NCBI GenBank assembly: GCA_964016885.1
Contig: OZ024741.1
Span: 272,800,001-272,864,000, forward strand
Direction of reading: 5' to 3'
Source: Eledone cirrhosa
Lineage: Eukaryota
Length of the DNA stretch: 64,000 bases
The notes beneath the pieces were generated by a model, which worked only from the letters and a program-made list of their open reading frames with translations, was not told the origin of the DNA and did not search any database. The position numbers and the translations under genes were made by a program. How positions within the stretch are numbered: position 1 is the stretch's first letter; each line of letters opens with the position of its first letter. This document shows, in pieces, positions 48,030 to 60,971 of this stretch.

Positions 48030-48305
48030 ATGGATGTTTTTACTAGTTTCGTTAATTGAGCATCAGGTATTCAGAACATATCTCAGGATCCTACCTGTTC
48101 CCAACAAAAAATGTTCTACAAGGTGTTAAATTCTTCTCTTACATGAATGCTTTCCAACCAGCCCATCAAGGTTCTGTGCACTGTCCCTAAAGCCCCAGTT
48201 ATCACTGGTATTACATGAAATTTTTTACACTTCCAGATCCGCAAAATATCATACTTTAAATCAACGTATCCTTCTACTTTTTCAGTTTTTTTTCCTCGTG
48301 TCTAA
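48030..48305 (-). mobile_element. Second RLE-type LINE C-terminal fragment
   Basis: The minus strand reads ..VIPVITGALGTV..LLGTGRILRYVLNT*. Confidence 0.6.
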
Positions 48306-48309
48306 AATC

Positions 48310-48705
48310 CATCTTTCCAACAACACTAGGCACCTGTTTGAATTCCATTTGTCAAACACCCGTACACATGCTTACAAAATCAGAAAACATTACAACTCCC
48401 ATGACTTTCAGAAACATTTTTTTCATGCTCAGAGTTGATGAAGCATGGAACAAACTATCTGCATCAGTTGTTAGCTGTCGGGACACTGCATCCTTCAAAA
48501 TTTTCATGCTTCTTGAAATTCGCCAACACTACACCTGATATTCCCCTCCATACACATGCATGCATCTGTATGTGTATGTGTGGCTGTGTGTATATCATGA
48601 CTCATACACTGTTCACTTTCCTGATTTTTGTACATTATTCTATGTACTATAGATGCACCTTTGATGAGTTGTAGTGCACCTAAGCACTGTACACAATAAT
48701 TTTCA
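48310..48705 (+). mobile_element. CR1-like LINE 3' fragment
   Basis: FFMLRVDEAWNKLSASVV; homologous to 60972-61480. Confidence 0.75.
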
Positions 48706-48764
48706 TTGTTCTTTTAATGGACATGCAACATCAATTATATACTGTTTTCTTTCTCCTTATCATC

Positions 48765-49200
48765 CACAAATATATATGGTATATATATATATACACAAAT
48801 ATATATGGTTTATATATAAACACAATTAATCAGGTTTATATATATACACAAGTATATCTGATTTATATATATACACAAATAAATCTGATTTATATATATA
48901 CACAAATATATCTGGTTTATATATACATATTCACAAGTATATCTAGTTTATATATATATATATATACAAATATATCTGGTTTGATATATATATATATACA
49001 CACAAGTATATCTGGTTTATATATATATATACACAAATAAATCTGGTTTATATATATATATATATACACACAAATATATCTGGTTTTTATATATATATAT
49101 AAATATATCTGGTTTATATATACACAAGTATATCTGGTTTATATACACACAAATATATCTGGTTTACATATACACACAAATTTATCTGGTTTATATATAT
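48765..49200 (+). repeat. Minisatellite CACAA(A/G)TATATCTGGTTTA(TA)n
   Basis: About 14 visible copies. Confidence 0.85.
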
Positions 49201-49212
49201 GTACTAGTATAT

Positions 49213-49551
49213 GGAGGCACATGGCTTAGTGGTTAGAGCATTGGCCTTACAATCGAAAGGTTGTGAGTTCAATTCTCAGACCGGGTGATGTGTTGTTTCC
49301 TTGAGCAAGACACTTTATTTCACATTGCTCCAGTTTACTCAGCTGTAGAAATGAGATGATAGGGACTGGGGTCCATATCATTCCACTGCAAAGTAGTCGT
49401 GGAGGTGCCACGGCAAAAAAGCACCCAGCACTCACTGTAAATGAGGTTGGTGTTAGGAAGGGCATCCAGCTGTAGAAATCAAGCCAGAATCAGTTCCAGT
49501 CCCACCCTTGCAAGCAGGGAAAAGCGGACGTAAAATGAAATGATGATGATG
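49213..49551 (+). mobile_element. SINE family A, full-length copy
   Basis: tRNA-like head GGAGGCACATGGCTTAGTGGTTAGAGC..GAGTTCAATTC and RTE-type tail. Confidence 0.88.
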
Positions 49552-49659
49552 AGGATATCTGTCACTATATTTTCTATAGCATTTCTGGGCGAGAGCATTG
49601 CATTCCTCATCCCCCTTCTCCCTCCTCTTCACCATCATAATGGTCGTCATCATCATCAT

Positions 49660-50060
49660 CACCATCACCATCATCATTATAGGTTTTATTCCATTTTTCC
49701 AGGCTTGCATCAGTTGGGCAGGTCCTTTTCAGCACACCATCTCTCCATTCACTGCGTTTCTTTGTCATCTCCTCTGTGAGTCTCAGTAATTTGAGGTCAG
49801 CTCTTACCACCTCTGCCCAGGTGTTTCTCGGTTTACCTCTACTGCGGCTTCCATCCTGGTACTTCTTCACCCATCCATCCTCATTCATGTGCATCACTTG
49901 TCCATACTAATGCAGTCTGCTCTCCTGCACACCACCTCAGATTCCTCTTAAACCCATCTTCTCCCTCAGTTCATCCAAGCTCTGCCTTTCTCTCACATGT
50001 ATGTTGCACATCCAGCGAAGCATAGTAGCTTCATTTCTCTCCATTCTACACATTCCACTA
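49660..50060 (-). mobile_element. Diverged RTE 3' fragment
   Basis: MHMNEDGWVKK..SRGKPRNTWAEVVRADLKLL; (TGA)n tail. Confidence 0.75.
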
Positions 50061-50939
50061 CACTATGTGACACTCTCTCCTTTCTGTCACCACACATGAG
50101 ACAATTTTCTGAAATATCAACAATATTTCTGATATACCTTCTTCTCAGTGACTGACAACGTGGTACAGAGGCTCTCTCTCAGCCCTACAGAATTCCTCCC
50201 TACTGGCTCCAGTGATGCTGGCTTTTCTGGTCCTGCCTGAATCGCCTCTAAACAGTTGTTGGTTGCTGTAGAGCCAACCTTCAGAAATGGGGATATGCCA
50301 CTGATGATGATTCCCACTTCCAATGCAGGCAATTACAAACTATGGAGAACTTCTAGTTTGATCAATCTTAAAGATTCATGCACACTTAACCTTGAAGCCT
50401 TAGCACCGCAGATAAGTCTCTGTGTGCAACACTGGATGGGTGTGGTGTGGCAACTTGATAAGAAGAAGAAAAGTGACAGATCTTGGGCAGCCATGATCAT
50501 TCCCTACTGTCCACACATTCATCATACTATCTTACCAAAGAGTGGACTCTCTAAGATAAGTGATTTGCAGTTCTATCACTCTGTACTCTAGTTTTCACTC
50601 CTGTATTTCTAACTTGCATTGTACTGACTTTCCTTGCAACAATCCTAACCACATATTTCATGCTGCTTCTTATAAATTTTGTGGAGGTATGTGGCCTAGG
50701 GGTAAGGGTGGACTTATGATCATAATGTCATGGGTTCAATTTTTGGACTGGGTTCTGTGTTGTGTTCTTGAGAAAAACACTTCAGTTCACATTGCTAAAG
50801 TATACTCAGCTGAAAATGAGTACCAGTAATAGCTCGGTGTTTAATCAGGTGATGGACTGGCGTGCTATCCAGTGGAGAGTCTTGAACTCTCATTCACTTC
50901 ATGCCACAAAACCGGGTTAAACACCAGCCTAACAAGCCA

Positions 50940-51420
50940 TCTAACTTGAGACAGACATTAACCCTGCAATGGACTGGTGTCCTGTCCAGGGAAGGGGGAA
51001 GTCTTATACTCTCAGTCATTTCACACCACAAAACTGGGATAAACACTAGCTCAACAATCCATCTGGCTTGAGACAGACATTAACCCTGCAATGGACTGAA
51101 GTCCTGTCCAGGGGGAACTTTTATACTCTCAGTCATTTCACACCACAAAACTGGGATAAACACCAGCCTAACAATCCATCTGGCTTGAGACAGACATTAA
51201 CCCTGCAATGGACTGAAGTCCTGTCCAGGGGGAAGTCTTATACTCTCAGTCATTTCACACCACAAAACTGGGATAAACACCAGCTCAACAATCCATCTGG
51301 CTTGAGACAGACATTAACCCTGCAATGGACTGAAGTCCTCTCCAGGGGGAAGTCTTATACTCTCAGTCACTTCACACCACACAACTGGGATAAACACCAG
51401 CTCAACAATCCATCTGGCTT
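50940..51420 (+). repeat. 117-bp tandem repeat (~4 copies) grown from the 3' part of a degenerate SINE at ~50680-50945
   Basis: TTGAGACAGACATTAACCCTGCAATGGACTG at 50946, 51068, 51185 and 51302. Confidence 0.88.
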
Positions 51421-51514
51421 TAGACTTAGACATATATAAACAATACAATTTTGTGAAACTAATAACACAAAAAGAATATTTACTTTCAGATTGACCTGAA
51501 TTATTTTTTACATC

Positions 51515-51670
51515 ATGAATGAGAAATCCAGAAACAATATTCAGTTGTTGCTGAAAGATCAACTAACTGGTTGCAGTAAACAAAGGCTACGGGCTTTACA
51601 AGTTAGCTTACGGCGCTATGGAAATGAGGATTTACGAATTTCAGCCAAAGACTTACAGTTGGCCATGCAG
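51515..51670 (+). CDS. Host gene coding exon 1 (putative EF-hand-like protein)
   Basis: Acceptor TACTTTCAG|51490, an in-frame stop before ATG 51515, 52 codons (MNEKSRNN..LAMQ), and donor CAG|GTATGT (phase 0). Confidence 0.75.
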
Positions 51671-52159
51671 GTATGTGGCATGTTTACAACACACACACGT
51701 CTTTTTCTTCTTCCTGCCCACATCTCTCCTCCTCCTCCCTTCCACCTCATCATCCTCCGTCCTCCTCCTCCTTCCACCCTCCTCACCCTCCCTTCACCTC
51801 GCCATTCATCCCCATCCCCCTTCTCCCCTGCCCCTCCCCATCACACCCTCCTCCCATCTTCTTACTCTTCTTCTTCTGCTCCTCCTCCTCCTCCTCTTCC
51901 ACCTTCTTCTTCTTCTTCTTCTTCTTCTTCCTGAGAGGGCCGTGGGGTAGAATCCTCAAACATTCCTTTCAGCGGGTCCAGTCAGAAGCAACCATCTCCC
52001 CATCATCGTCATCATTGTCATTGTCTCGTCATCATCATCATCACATCACCATCACTAACACCACCATCATCATCATCATTACAGACCCTGTTCATTTAAT
52101 TGAGGCCCTAATACTAGGGGAGACAGTGAAAGAATTCTGGTTGGATACGACTGGTTTAA

Positions 52160-52333
52160 CCCTTTAGCATTCACACTATTTTATATATACTATTATATTT
52201 TCATGGTAAAGCTTTTACCTCGCATAATTATCTCACATAATATCGAATCAGTTTGAGCGACCAGTTACAGCCAGTTTCAACAGAAAGAGGTAGAGAATTC
52301 TGGCCGGTTTCGGCCGGTTTGAACATTAAAGGG
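52160..52333 (-). mobile_element. piggyBac-type MITE (TTAA TSD, CCCTTTA termini), short form
   Basis: TTAA|CCCTTTAGCATT...TAAAGGG|TTAA; internal sequence homologous to the 85-bp unit at 61.7-62.6 kb. Confidence 0.8.
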
Positions 52334-52475
52334 TTAAATGCTGAAGGGTTTGGAGTATATACAACGATGTCTGGGATATTATCCTGGTTGATGGTTGTAG
52401 CAACATGACAGACATAAGAAATACATTGTCTGTATGTGTAAATTTTAAAGAGTTACAGATGGAGAGTTATATATA

Positions 52476-53838
52476 AAGGAGGCCTGGAAATCTCATTATG
52501 AGAGACTGATGAATGTGGAGAACGAATGGGAGAGAGAGAAATTATCCCCAGTAGATCCGACAGAGGGACCAGCTATTGAGATTGACGAATATAGGGTCCA
52601 AGAGGCGATTAAGGAAATGAAAAAAGGTAAAGCCACTGGACCGTCGGAGATAGTTGCTGAGATGCTGAAGGCATCAGGGGACGTAGGCACTAAACTGGTT
52701 GCACACATCATCAATCAGGCTATATATGGTGGTCTCATACCCAAAGACTGGTGCAGCAGTATTCTCATAAATTGCTACAAAGGTAAAGGGGATGCTCTGG
52801 AGAGGAGCAATTATAGGGGCATAAAACAGATGGATCAGGTTATGAAAGTGGCAGAAAGGATATTAGCATAACTAATTAGAGAAAGGGTCAAACTAGATGA
52901 GATGCAGCTTGGTTTTGTGCCTGGGAAAAGTACAACAGATGCCCTCTTCTTGGTGAGACAAATGCAAGAGAGGTTCTTAGAGAAGAATAAGCCACTATAC
53001 TTAGCTTTTGTTGACCTAGAGAATGCCTTTGATAGGGTACCCCAAGCTGTCATCTGGTGGTCCCTAAGGAAACTAGGTGGTGTAGAATGGCTTGTGAGGA
53101 CAGTGCAAGCTTTGTACGGAGGTGCTGTCAGTAAAGTGAGGGTAGGAATGGAGTTTAGTGAGGAATTCCAGATACAAGTAGGAGTACATCAGGGTTCGGT
53201 CCTCAGCCCGCTCTTGTTCATTATAGTCCTCCAAGCCATAACAGAGGAGTCTAAGACTGGCTGTCCATGGGAACTTCCTATGCTGACGATCTGGTTCTTA
53301 TAGCAGAATCAGTAGAGGAGCTAGAGAATAAATTCTGGCTCTAGAAGGAAACAGCAGTTGGAATTAAGAGGACTGCGAGTGAACCTAACTAAGACAAAAG
53401 TGTTGATGAGTAGAAAAGGGGACAAAACTCTGATTCCGTCAGGGAAATGGCGATGTTTGATATGCAGAAAAGGAACTAGCATAAATTCTATAAAATGTAC
53501 ACAATGCAGATGTGCTGAGAGCATAGTTGTGTTGAGAGAGAAACTGTGTCTGAGAGGGATAAATTGTAGTGTGCGGGAAAGGAGACTGCGATAGTATGGA
53601 CATGTGATGCACATGGAGGATGACCGATGGATGAAGATGTGCCAAGAAATGCCAGTTGAAGGAAGACGTAGTAGAGGAAGACCACGAAAAACATGGATGG
53701 AGATGGTGAGAGCAGACCTCAGAACTCACGGTGGAGATGACGAAGGACCGTGACAAGTGGAGAGATGCTGTGCTGAATAGGACTCGTCCCACCCTTGTAA
53801 GCAGGGAAAAGCGGACGTAAAATGATGATGATGATGAT
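52476..53838 (+). mobile_element. 5'-truncated, internally deleted copy of the RTE LINE
   Basis: Close match to 15556-17360, with ~440 bp missing at ~53510. Confidence 0.92.
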
Positions 53839-53853
53839 ACAAATACACATGGT

Positions 53854-54033
53854 CAGTGCCAGATTTAGGATAAATGAGGCCCTGTGCTAGTTAAATTATG
53901 AGGCCCCTTATGCCAAAAAACATTTGAAAAATTCATCGTAAAAAATGTTTGGGGTAGGAAGATGTCCCTGCCCCACCAGCTAATGTGGCTCTGTGCTTAA
54001 GAACACCTAAGCTTAATAGTAAATCCACCACTG
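53854..54033. mobile_element. hAT-like MITE
   Basis: Imperfect TIRs CAGTGCCAGATTTA...TAAATCCACCACTG. Confidence 0.5.
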
Positions 54034-54300
54034 CATATGAATTGGTAGTATTGGTAGAGCGCCGAACACCATGCTTTGCACCAGAGTTACATCCCTTTAC
54101 GTTCTGAGTTCAAATCCTGCCAAAGTTAGTTTTACCTTTCATCTTAATGGGATTTATAAAATAAAGTACCAGTAATGGTACTTTATTGCACCCCCCCTCC
54201 CCTTCAAATTGTTGGCTTCGTGCCTATAGTAGAAAGAATTATTAGGGATGACCTATGAAGTCATTACAAGTAATTTTGTTGCTTCTGTTTCTATTTCCAG

Positions 54301-54421
54301 GAAAATGAAATATTCTTAACAGATAGAGCTATGGCTGAAATCTATATGTTCTACCAGGATTCTTTGGGAATAAATTATCAGGTTGTTTATGATTGTCTGG
54401 TGGAAACACATGCCATTTCTG
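54301..54421 (+). CDS. Host gene coding exon 2
   Basis: TTTCTATTTCCAG|GAA; ENEIFLTDRAMAEIYMFYQDSLGINYQVVYDCLVETHAIS; G|GTAAAT. Phase 0 in and phase 1 out, matching both neighbours. Confidence 0.8.
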
Positions 54422-54465
54422 GTAAATATATCACTTTGTTATATATTTGTTATATATTACTTAAA

Positions 54466-54625
54466 GGTGGTGGATTGGCAGTATCGGTAGAGGGTAGGAC
54501 GCCCTGTTTTGCAGCATAAAGTTAAGCCCCTTTACGGTCTGAGTTCAAATCCCGCTGAGGTTAACTTTGCCTTTCATCCTTACAGGGTCGATAAAATAAA
54601 GTACCGGTAATGCACTGAGATAATT
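54466..54625 (+). mobile_element. SINE family B copy (a further degenerate copy lies at ~54040-54245)
   Basis: Matches 8076-8257. Confidence 0.8.
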
Positions 54626-54819
54626 AGAACAGGGATCCCCAATCTGTGGCCCAAGGGTGGCATGCGTCCCTTAAGGATGTTCAGTGTGGTCCTCAGAACA
54701 AGATAAGAATTATGTTCTTATCAAGCAGTTTACATATAGACAGCAACTGCATGACAGGATTTTTTGCTATGTTTTAAATATTTGCGCCAATTTTTATATA
54801 AATTCAAACTACTTTGCAA

Positions 54820-54855
<36 letters not shown>

Positions 54856-55061
54856 GGTGGTAGTAGTATTAGTATTAGTAGTAGTAATCTCCTTATAATA
54901 TATAACCAGCAATTTCTGTCTGTCTGTCCGACGCGTAGAGAGAGAGTGAGAGTGAAAGAAAGAGACAGACTACAAGAGGGGGATAGCGGGAGGGAGAGAG
55001 AGATGCTGGAAGAGGGGAAGGAAAGCTATGTCATGCTGTCTGCATTACGATACATATATAT

Positions 55062-56018
55062 ACTAGACATGAAAAATGCGCAAACTCAAAAATGCCACAG
55101 AATGTTATAATAAACCTTCAAAAGTGTGGGACTAGAGTTGTTGCTAAAAAATATTGTAATAATTATATATCGTACATTCTGTGGCATCCTTTATAAAAAT
55201 AGCTTAAACCAACGAAGCCTTTATTTTTACGCTATTTCACTTAGTTAATTCTTAGAGTGTAACATATAAAAATATGATTTACAACTATAAAATAAATTAA
55301 TTAATATAATAACAGAGCTGCGGAGCTGAAATTTAGGAAATAATGGAGTATCGGATCCTGAGTTGGAGCCAGTCAATTTTTGGCCGACTCCGCAGCCCTG
55401 TATAATACATTTCATATTAAAGTTATTAATAAACCTATTTTACACTGCATGCAAATTACCATGAGATATTGATATTAGATATAAGATACAGCGCAATATC
55501 TACAGCTGTAAAAGTACGAAAGCGAAGTAATAATAAGTGGCTTAAGGTAATTCCAATATGAAAGTTTGTAGTGATAAAAATTTGATAATGCAATACGATT
55601 GTTAATATTATAGTTCTATGAAAATGTAACAATAGATAACTAAATTATTTTACTATTAGTATATTTAAGAAATTATCATTATAGATTTGATCGTTCATAT
55701 AAGCATCATATTAATTTTCAACACAATTATTTTGTTACTATGAGTATATGATAATAATATTACGTAATTATTTATAGCTGTTATTACATTAAACATAGAT
55801 GTATTTATTTTTATATGTTACACTCTAAGAATTAACTAAGTGAAATAGCGTAAAAATAAAGGCTTCGTTGGTTTAAGCTATTTTTATAAAGGATGCCACA
55901 GAATGTACGATATATAATGATTACAATATTTTTTAGCAACAACTCTACTCCCACACTTTTGAAGGTTTATTATAACATTCTGTGGCACTTTTGAGCTTGC
56001 GCATTTTTCATGTCTAGT
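55062..56018. repeat. ~213-bp inverted repeat pair ending in ACTAG/CTAGT (Helitron-like 3' ends)
   Basis: 55062-55274 versus 55806-56018; each arm has an internal TGCCACAGAATGT/ACATTCTGTGGCA inverted repeat. Confidence 0.85.
55313..55400. mobile_element. 88-bp hAT-type MITE
   Basis: CAGAGCTGCGGAG...CTCCGCAGCCCTG; 8-bp TSD TATAATAA/TATAATAC. Confidence 0.7.
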
Positions 56019-56077
56019 TTAATATTTTTTTAAGGCAACGCTTGTAATAACTCTAGTTAAACAGGATATATATTAAT

Positions 56078-56730
56078 GGCATAGGTTAAGAATAACGTCC
56101 TCGAAATTGAAACTAGGTTTTCTGACAAGTGAATGTGCTTTTTTTTTTTTTACAATGAAATTTACGATACACTCTTTGTTTATTTACAACAGGTCTCTAT
56201 AGTGATATGGTGTTAATTAGTATTGCGTGTGTGATTATTTTCTCATATATATATGTGTGGGTGTGTATATGTGTGTATATATATGTGTGTCTGTATGTAT
56301 ATATATATGTGTGTTTGTATATATATATGTGTTTGTGTCATCATCATCGTTTAGATGTTTTTACCCAAATCCCTTATCATTCTCTGTCCTTCTTATGACC
56401 CGGCCTTAATTTGTTTATAGTTGGTGCCAACTTTGGCAAGATATTACAAAAACATCTAAACGATGATGATGACACAAACACATATATACAAACACACATA
56501 TATATACATACAGACACATATATATACACACATATACACACCCACACATATATATATATAAGAGAAAATAATCACACACGCAATACTAATTAACACCATA
56601 TCACTATAGAGACCTGTTGTAAATAAACAAAGAGTGTATCGTAAATTTCATTGTAAAAAAAAAAAAAAAACACATTCGCTTGTCAGAAAACCTAGTTTCA
56701 ATTTCGAGGACGTTATTCTTAACCTATGCC
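56078..56730. repeat. ~284-bp near-perfect inverted repeat with ~85-bp spacer
   Basis: 56078-56362 versus 56448-56730. Confidence 0.92.
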
Positions 56731-57287
56731 TTATATTAATAATAAATTATCGTTGTAATGTAATTAGATTATGTAATTGTTATTATAAATTATCTTATAA
56801 ATATTAGTGTAAGATGTATAAAAATATTTTCAGACTTTTAATATAAACAACTACAAAAAACAATCAATATTAAATCAATATATTATACATAATAGAAAAC
56901 ATAAAATAAACAATACAAAAACAAAATATTTACATACAATTGCAATTATCAGTGTATATACATTTTCTTTATTTTCCCTGAGCAAATTAATAAGATTTGT
57001 TTTTATTGTACATAATTTGATGACTTGTTGGAGTGTATTAAAAGATAGCAACAATTTGTGATTAAATTGTTATCTTAAGCAACTCACTTTTTAATAGTTG
57101 TTGGCTGAGCGAAATTGTAAAAGCCTATGAGCAAATATTAAAAAAAATACACAAACAACATTTCCTTGTGTTATTACAAGATTAGATAAAATAATTGAGC
57201 AATGTCGTTATATTTTGCTCTTATTGCACATTAATAGTGTTTCTATTTTTCGGCACAAATCCATTACGGCAGTCCATTACTGGTACT

Positions 57288-57923
57288 TTATTTTATCGAA
57301 TTAGTAAGTATGAAAGTCTGATGCTGCATCCGGAAGTCAACCATTTTATTTAGTTTCTTCATTTGATACAAAGACCGCTTATGAAGAAACTTTTTTTTAT
57401 AGTATGTTTTCTCATAAGACTGTATATTATCTTTATGGTGAATTTTATACATAGCCTTTGTTTGTAATACTTTGTCTTGATTTGCAGATCTGTACTTGGT
57501 CTGCTCTTTAGCCAACTCGGTACGTTTAGAAGCTCTACGCTCGGCTTGCTTTTGAGATATAATAGCTGAATTTGCAGATCTATACTTGGCCTGCTTGTTT
57601 GCCAACTCATACCGTTTTGAACATCTATACTTGGCCTGTTTTTGTGTTAATTTAGCAAAATTCACAGCTCTATAATCGGCCTGTTTTTGTCTCAACTTCT
57701 CCCGATTCCGCATCCGGTAAGCTGCTTTCACATCCAATTTAATACGCCCATCTAGATTATTAGCACAGGAATGTGAACAAGCTTGTGGGACCGCATCATT
57801 GTAAGTATATGAACTGCCTGCAACATCAAGACCCAATTCACAAGTGCAGCGTTGCTCATTCACATCGGCAGTGGGGACACCAAAATCAGTGACAGGTCTC
57901 GATTCACTCGCGAGATACATCAC
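57288..57923 (-). other. 211-aa ORF with basic 15-residue repeats, probably a mobile-element protein fragment
   Basis: KQADYRAVN/KQAKYRCSK/KQAKYRSAN/KQAERRASK/EQTKYRSAN. The 3' end runs into a SINE-B fragment. Confidence 0.45.
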
Positions 57924-57951
57924 AGCTACACTATATATTTAAACATATATA

Positions 57952-58089
57952 CAGTGGTACCTCGCTACTTGGCGGTTCAACTATCGCGGATTCACGATTT
58001 CGCGCATTTTTAGAATATATATATGAACACCTAAAAATGTTCATTAAATCCATTAAAATATTAATAATAAACACAGTTCTAATCATACG

Positions 58090-58090
<1 letters not shown>
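57952..58090 (+). mobile_element. pogo/Tigger-like terminal fragment
   Basis: TA|CAGTGGTACCTCGCTACTTGGCGGTTCA..TCGCGGATTCACGATTTCGCG. Confidence 0.6.
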
Positions 58091-58148
<58 letters not shown>

Positions 58149-58232
58149 TAATTAATACCGTATAAATGGTACAAAGACTGTTTATGTAAAATGTATTTCT
58201 CAACAGAGTATTGAATACTTAGGAGAAATTCA

Positions 58233-58442
58233 AAACGAAGAGTGATAAAATTTCAAGCAAAGAGTTTAATTAGGTAATGACTTACAAATTTGTTTCAGTA
58301 TATAGACAAAGCCTGAAGCGCTAATTATAATAATTAGTTAATAATATTACAAAATATATTAATATTATATTAAATATATACTGAAACAAATTTGTAAGTC
58401 ATTACCTAATTAAACTCTTTGCTTGAAATTTTATCATTCTTC

Positions 58443-58446
<4 letters not shown>
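58233..58446. repeat. 72-bp inverted repeat
   Basis: 58233-58304 versus 58375-58446. Confidence 0.88.
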
Positions 58447-58497
<51 letters not shown>

Positions 58498-59914
58498 GAG
58501 AGAGAGAGTGAGATTTATCTAGTCCTTCGCTCAAGATTAATCTATAAGTTTAGATGTCTGCCTTCGTTTAAGTAAATATTACAGTAAGATTTTTAATATA
58601 AACAACTACAAAAAACAATTAATATTAAAACGAAAAAATTATCAATGATAAAAGAAGCGGATGCAACTTTTTTTTTTATAAAGTTATATTCCTGTTTCTT
58701 TAAAGAACATTTCATTTTTGTTCTATTGTAGGCGAAATAATGCAATGGTTTAATAGGGAAGATATAACTTACCAATTATGTCTCTAACCGTGTAACGCTT
58801 TTTAAGTAGATAACTACAATTGAAAATACTAAAGAAATGGAACCAACAATTCAATTTGAAAGTCGTCTACTTATAGTGACAGTGTATTACTGGTACTTTA
58901 TTTTATCGACCCCGTAACGATGAAAGGCAAAAATGCAAATGCTTAAAATTTAAATTGCCTTAATTCTATCGTCTGCTGTTTCATTAAAGGGAGATTCTCG
59001 TCTGTATTTAATTCTATCGTCTACTGTTCCACTAAACAGATATACCTCCACTATCGTCTCTATTTATACATTTTAACTTATAACTTATACACATTTGATT
59101 TGAAATATTTTATCTAGTCCCCCCTCTCAATATTATGATGATTTCTTTCGAATGAAACAGTTCTAGTCCTGTAGAAGCCATTTATATATATAATTGAACT
59201 GAGTTAAAAATTCACAATATTTATAATTAAATAAGCTCATATATATATGTGTGTATTTATCTGTTTATTGTATTATATATAATGTGTGTATATACAGGAT
59301 GTCCCCCAAAAATATATACACACTTCAACAGCATTCTAATAACTATTGCCTGTACAGGTAATCAAAGTGTCAATCGAATGTTAGTTTCGTGTTTTAACAG
59401 TACAAATTTACAATACACACATAAAACCAGTGTATATACATACATGAGTGTGTATACACATACATGAATGTGTATATACAATATATATGTATATATATAT
59501 ATATATAGACACATATATTCACGGTGCAACGGAACATTAAAATATAGATGCGGGGGGGGGGGGTGTATATATAGGGGCGCTGGGGATAAAGGAGTGTAAA
59601 GCGTAAGTGTGTAATTGATATATTGAAGGAGAGGAGCGTGCAGCGATAGAGTAACAAATATATAGAGAGGGGGAGAGATGGTATTGAAGGGGAGGAGTGC
59701 AAAGCGAAAGAGTAAGAGAGATATATATAGAGACGGAACAGATAGAGAGAAACAGGCGTAAGTAACAGTGAAAGAGATATAGAGAGAGGGGGTAATAAAT
59801 AAATGGAAATATAAGTGTAACAGTATAAGAGATATATAGAGAGGGGGAAATGTGTTATTGAAGGGGAGGAGTGTAAAGCGAAAGCGTAAGATATATATAG
59901 AGAGAGGGGGAATA

Positions 59915-59956
<42 letters not shown>

Positions 59957-60179
59957 ACACTTACTCTGATTGGTTGAAAATTAGCCAATGACATACGATC
60001 ACCACCACCACGGCTATCCCCGGAAAATTTATGAAGAGGTTACGCATAGAACACGAAAAGTGAACATTCTGTTGTTTCACACTTTTCGTGTTCTAACAGA
60101 TACACACACACTGAGCGCGTCATAATGACGTAATGCAGACAGCCAGACATACAGACAGATATTATAAGGGCGCAACGTT

Positions 60180-60443
60180 ATATCTATGTATCTATCTAAA
60201 AAGAAAGACTAAGAATTATATAGAGAGAACGCTAAATCGCCTAATGCGGTCCCTAGGGCATTGAAAATTTGAAATAATTTTTGCTCAAAACACTCACAGG
60301 ACCATAAGTATTACATGTCTAAAGTTTGAAAACAATCGGTTGGATGGTTCTCAAGTTTTAGTGAGCTGACAGACAGACAGACATTCTCTGTTTTAGATAT
60401 ATAGACTAGCAGAAAACCGCCCCTGGTGGTTTTCTGCTAGTCA
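60180..60443 (-). mobile_element. Helitron-like non-autonomous end with (CTGT)n and a CTAG-bounded palindrome
   Basis: The minus strand begins TCTATATATCTAAAACAGAGAATGTCTGTCTGTCTGTC; adjacent GACTAGCAGAAAACC..GGTTTTCTGCTAGTC. Confidence 0.5.
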
Positions 60444-60971
60444 ATATTATAAAAGGCAATCTGTTTCTCTGTCTCTTGGTCTCTCTGTCAATCTGTCACA
60501 CTTCATATGTGTGTGTGTGGAAAACAATTCAACATATAGGCAACGCAACTTCAAAAAAGGACAAAACCATGTGTGTATATGTTTGTGTGTGTGTATGTGT
60601 ATGTATATGTGTGTGTGTATGTGAGTGTGTGTTTCTCTGTCCCCCAACATATAGATAATGCGACAGACTTCAAAAGACTTTCTTAGAAACAAACATGCAT
60701 CTAACAAGTTTTGATTGAAAACTCAGCAATGTTAACCCTTTAGCATTTAAACCGGCCATATCTGACCAGAATTCTCTCACCACCTTATGTTCAAACTGGC
60801 CGTAATTGGTTGCTTCATCCAACATTAAGGTATTATTTTCAAAATAAATAATATCAACATCTCATAGATAAGATATTATGTGAGATAATTATGTGAGGTA
60901 AAAGCCTTTACCGCAAAAATACAACAGTAAATTTAGAGTAATGTAAATGATATGTGAGATATTATGTGAGA

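Noticed and set aside
49213-49290. tRNA-like sequences
   Set aside because: They are SINE heads continuing into repeat bodies, not standalone tRNA genes.
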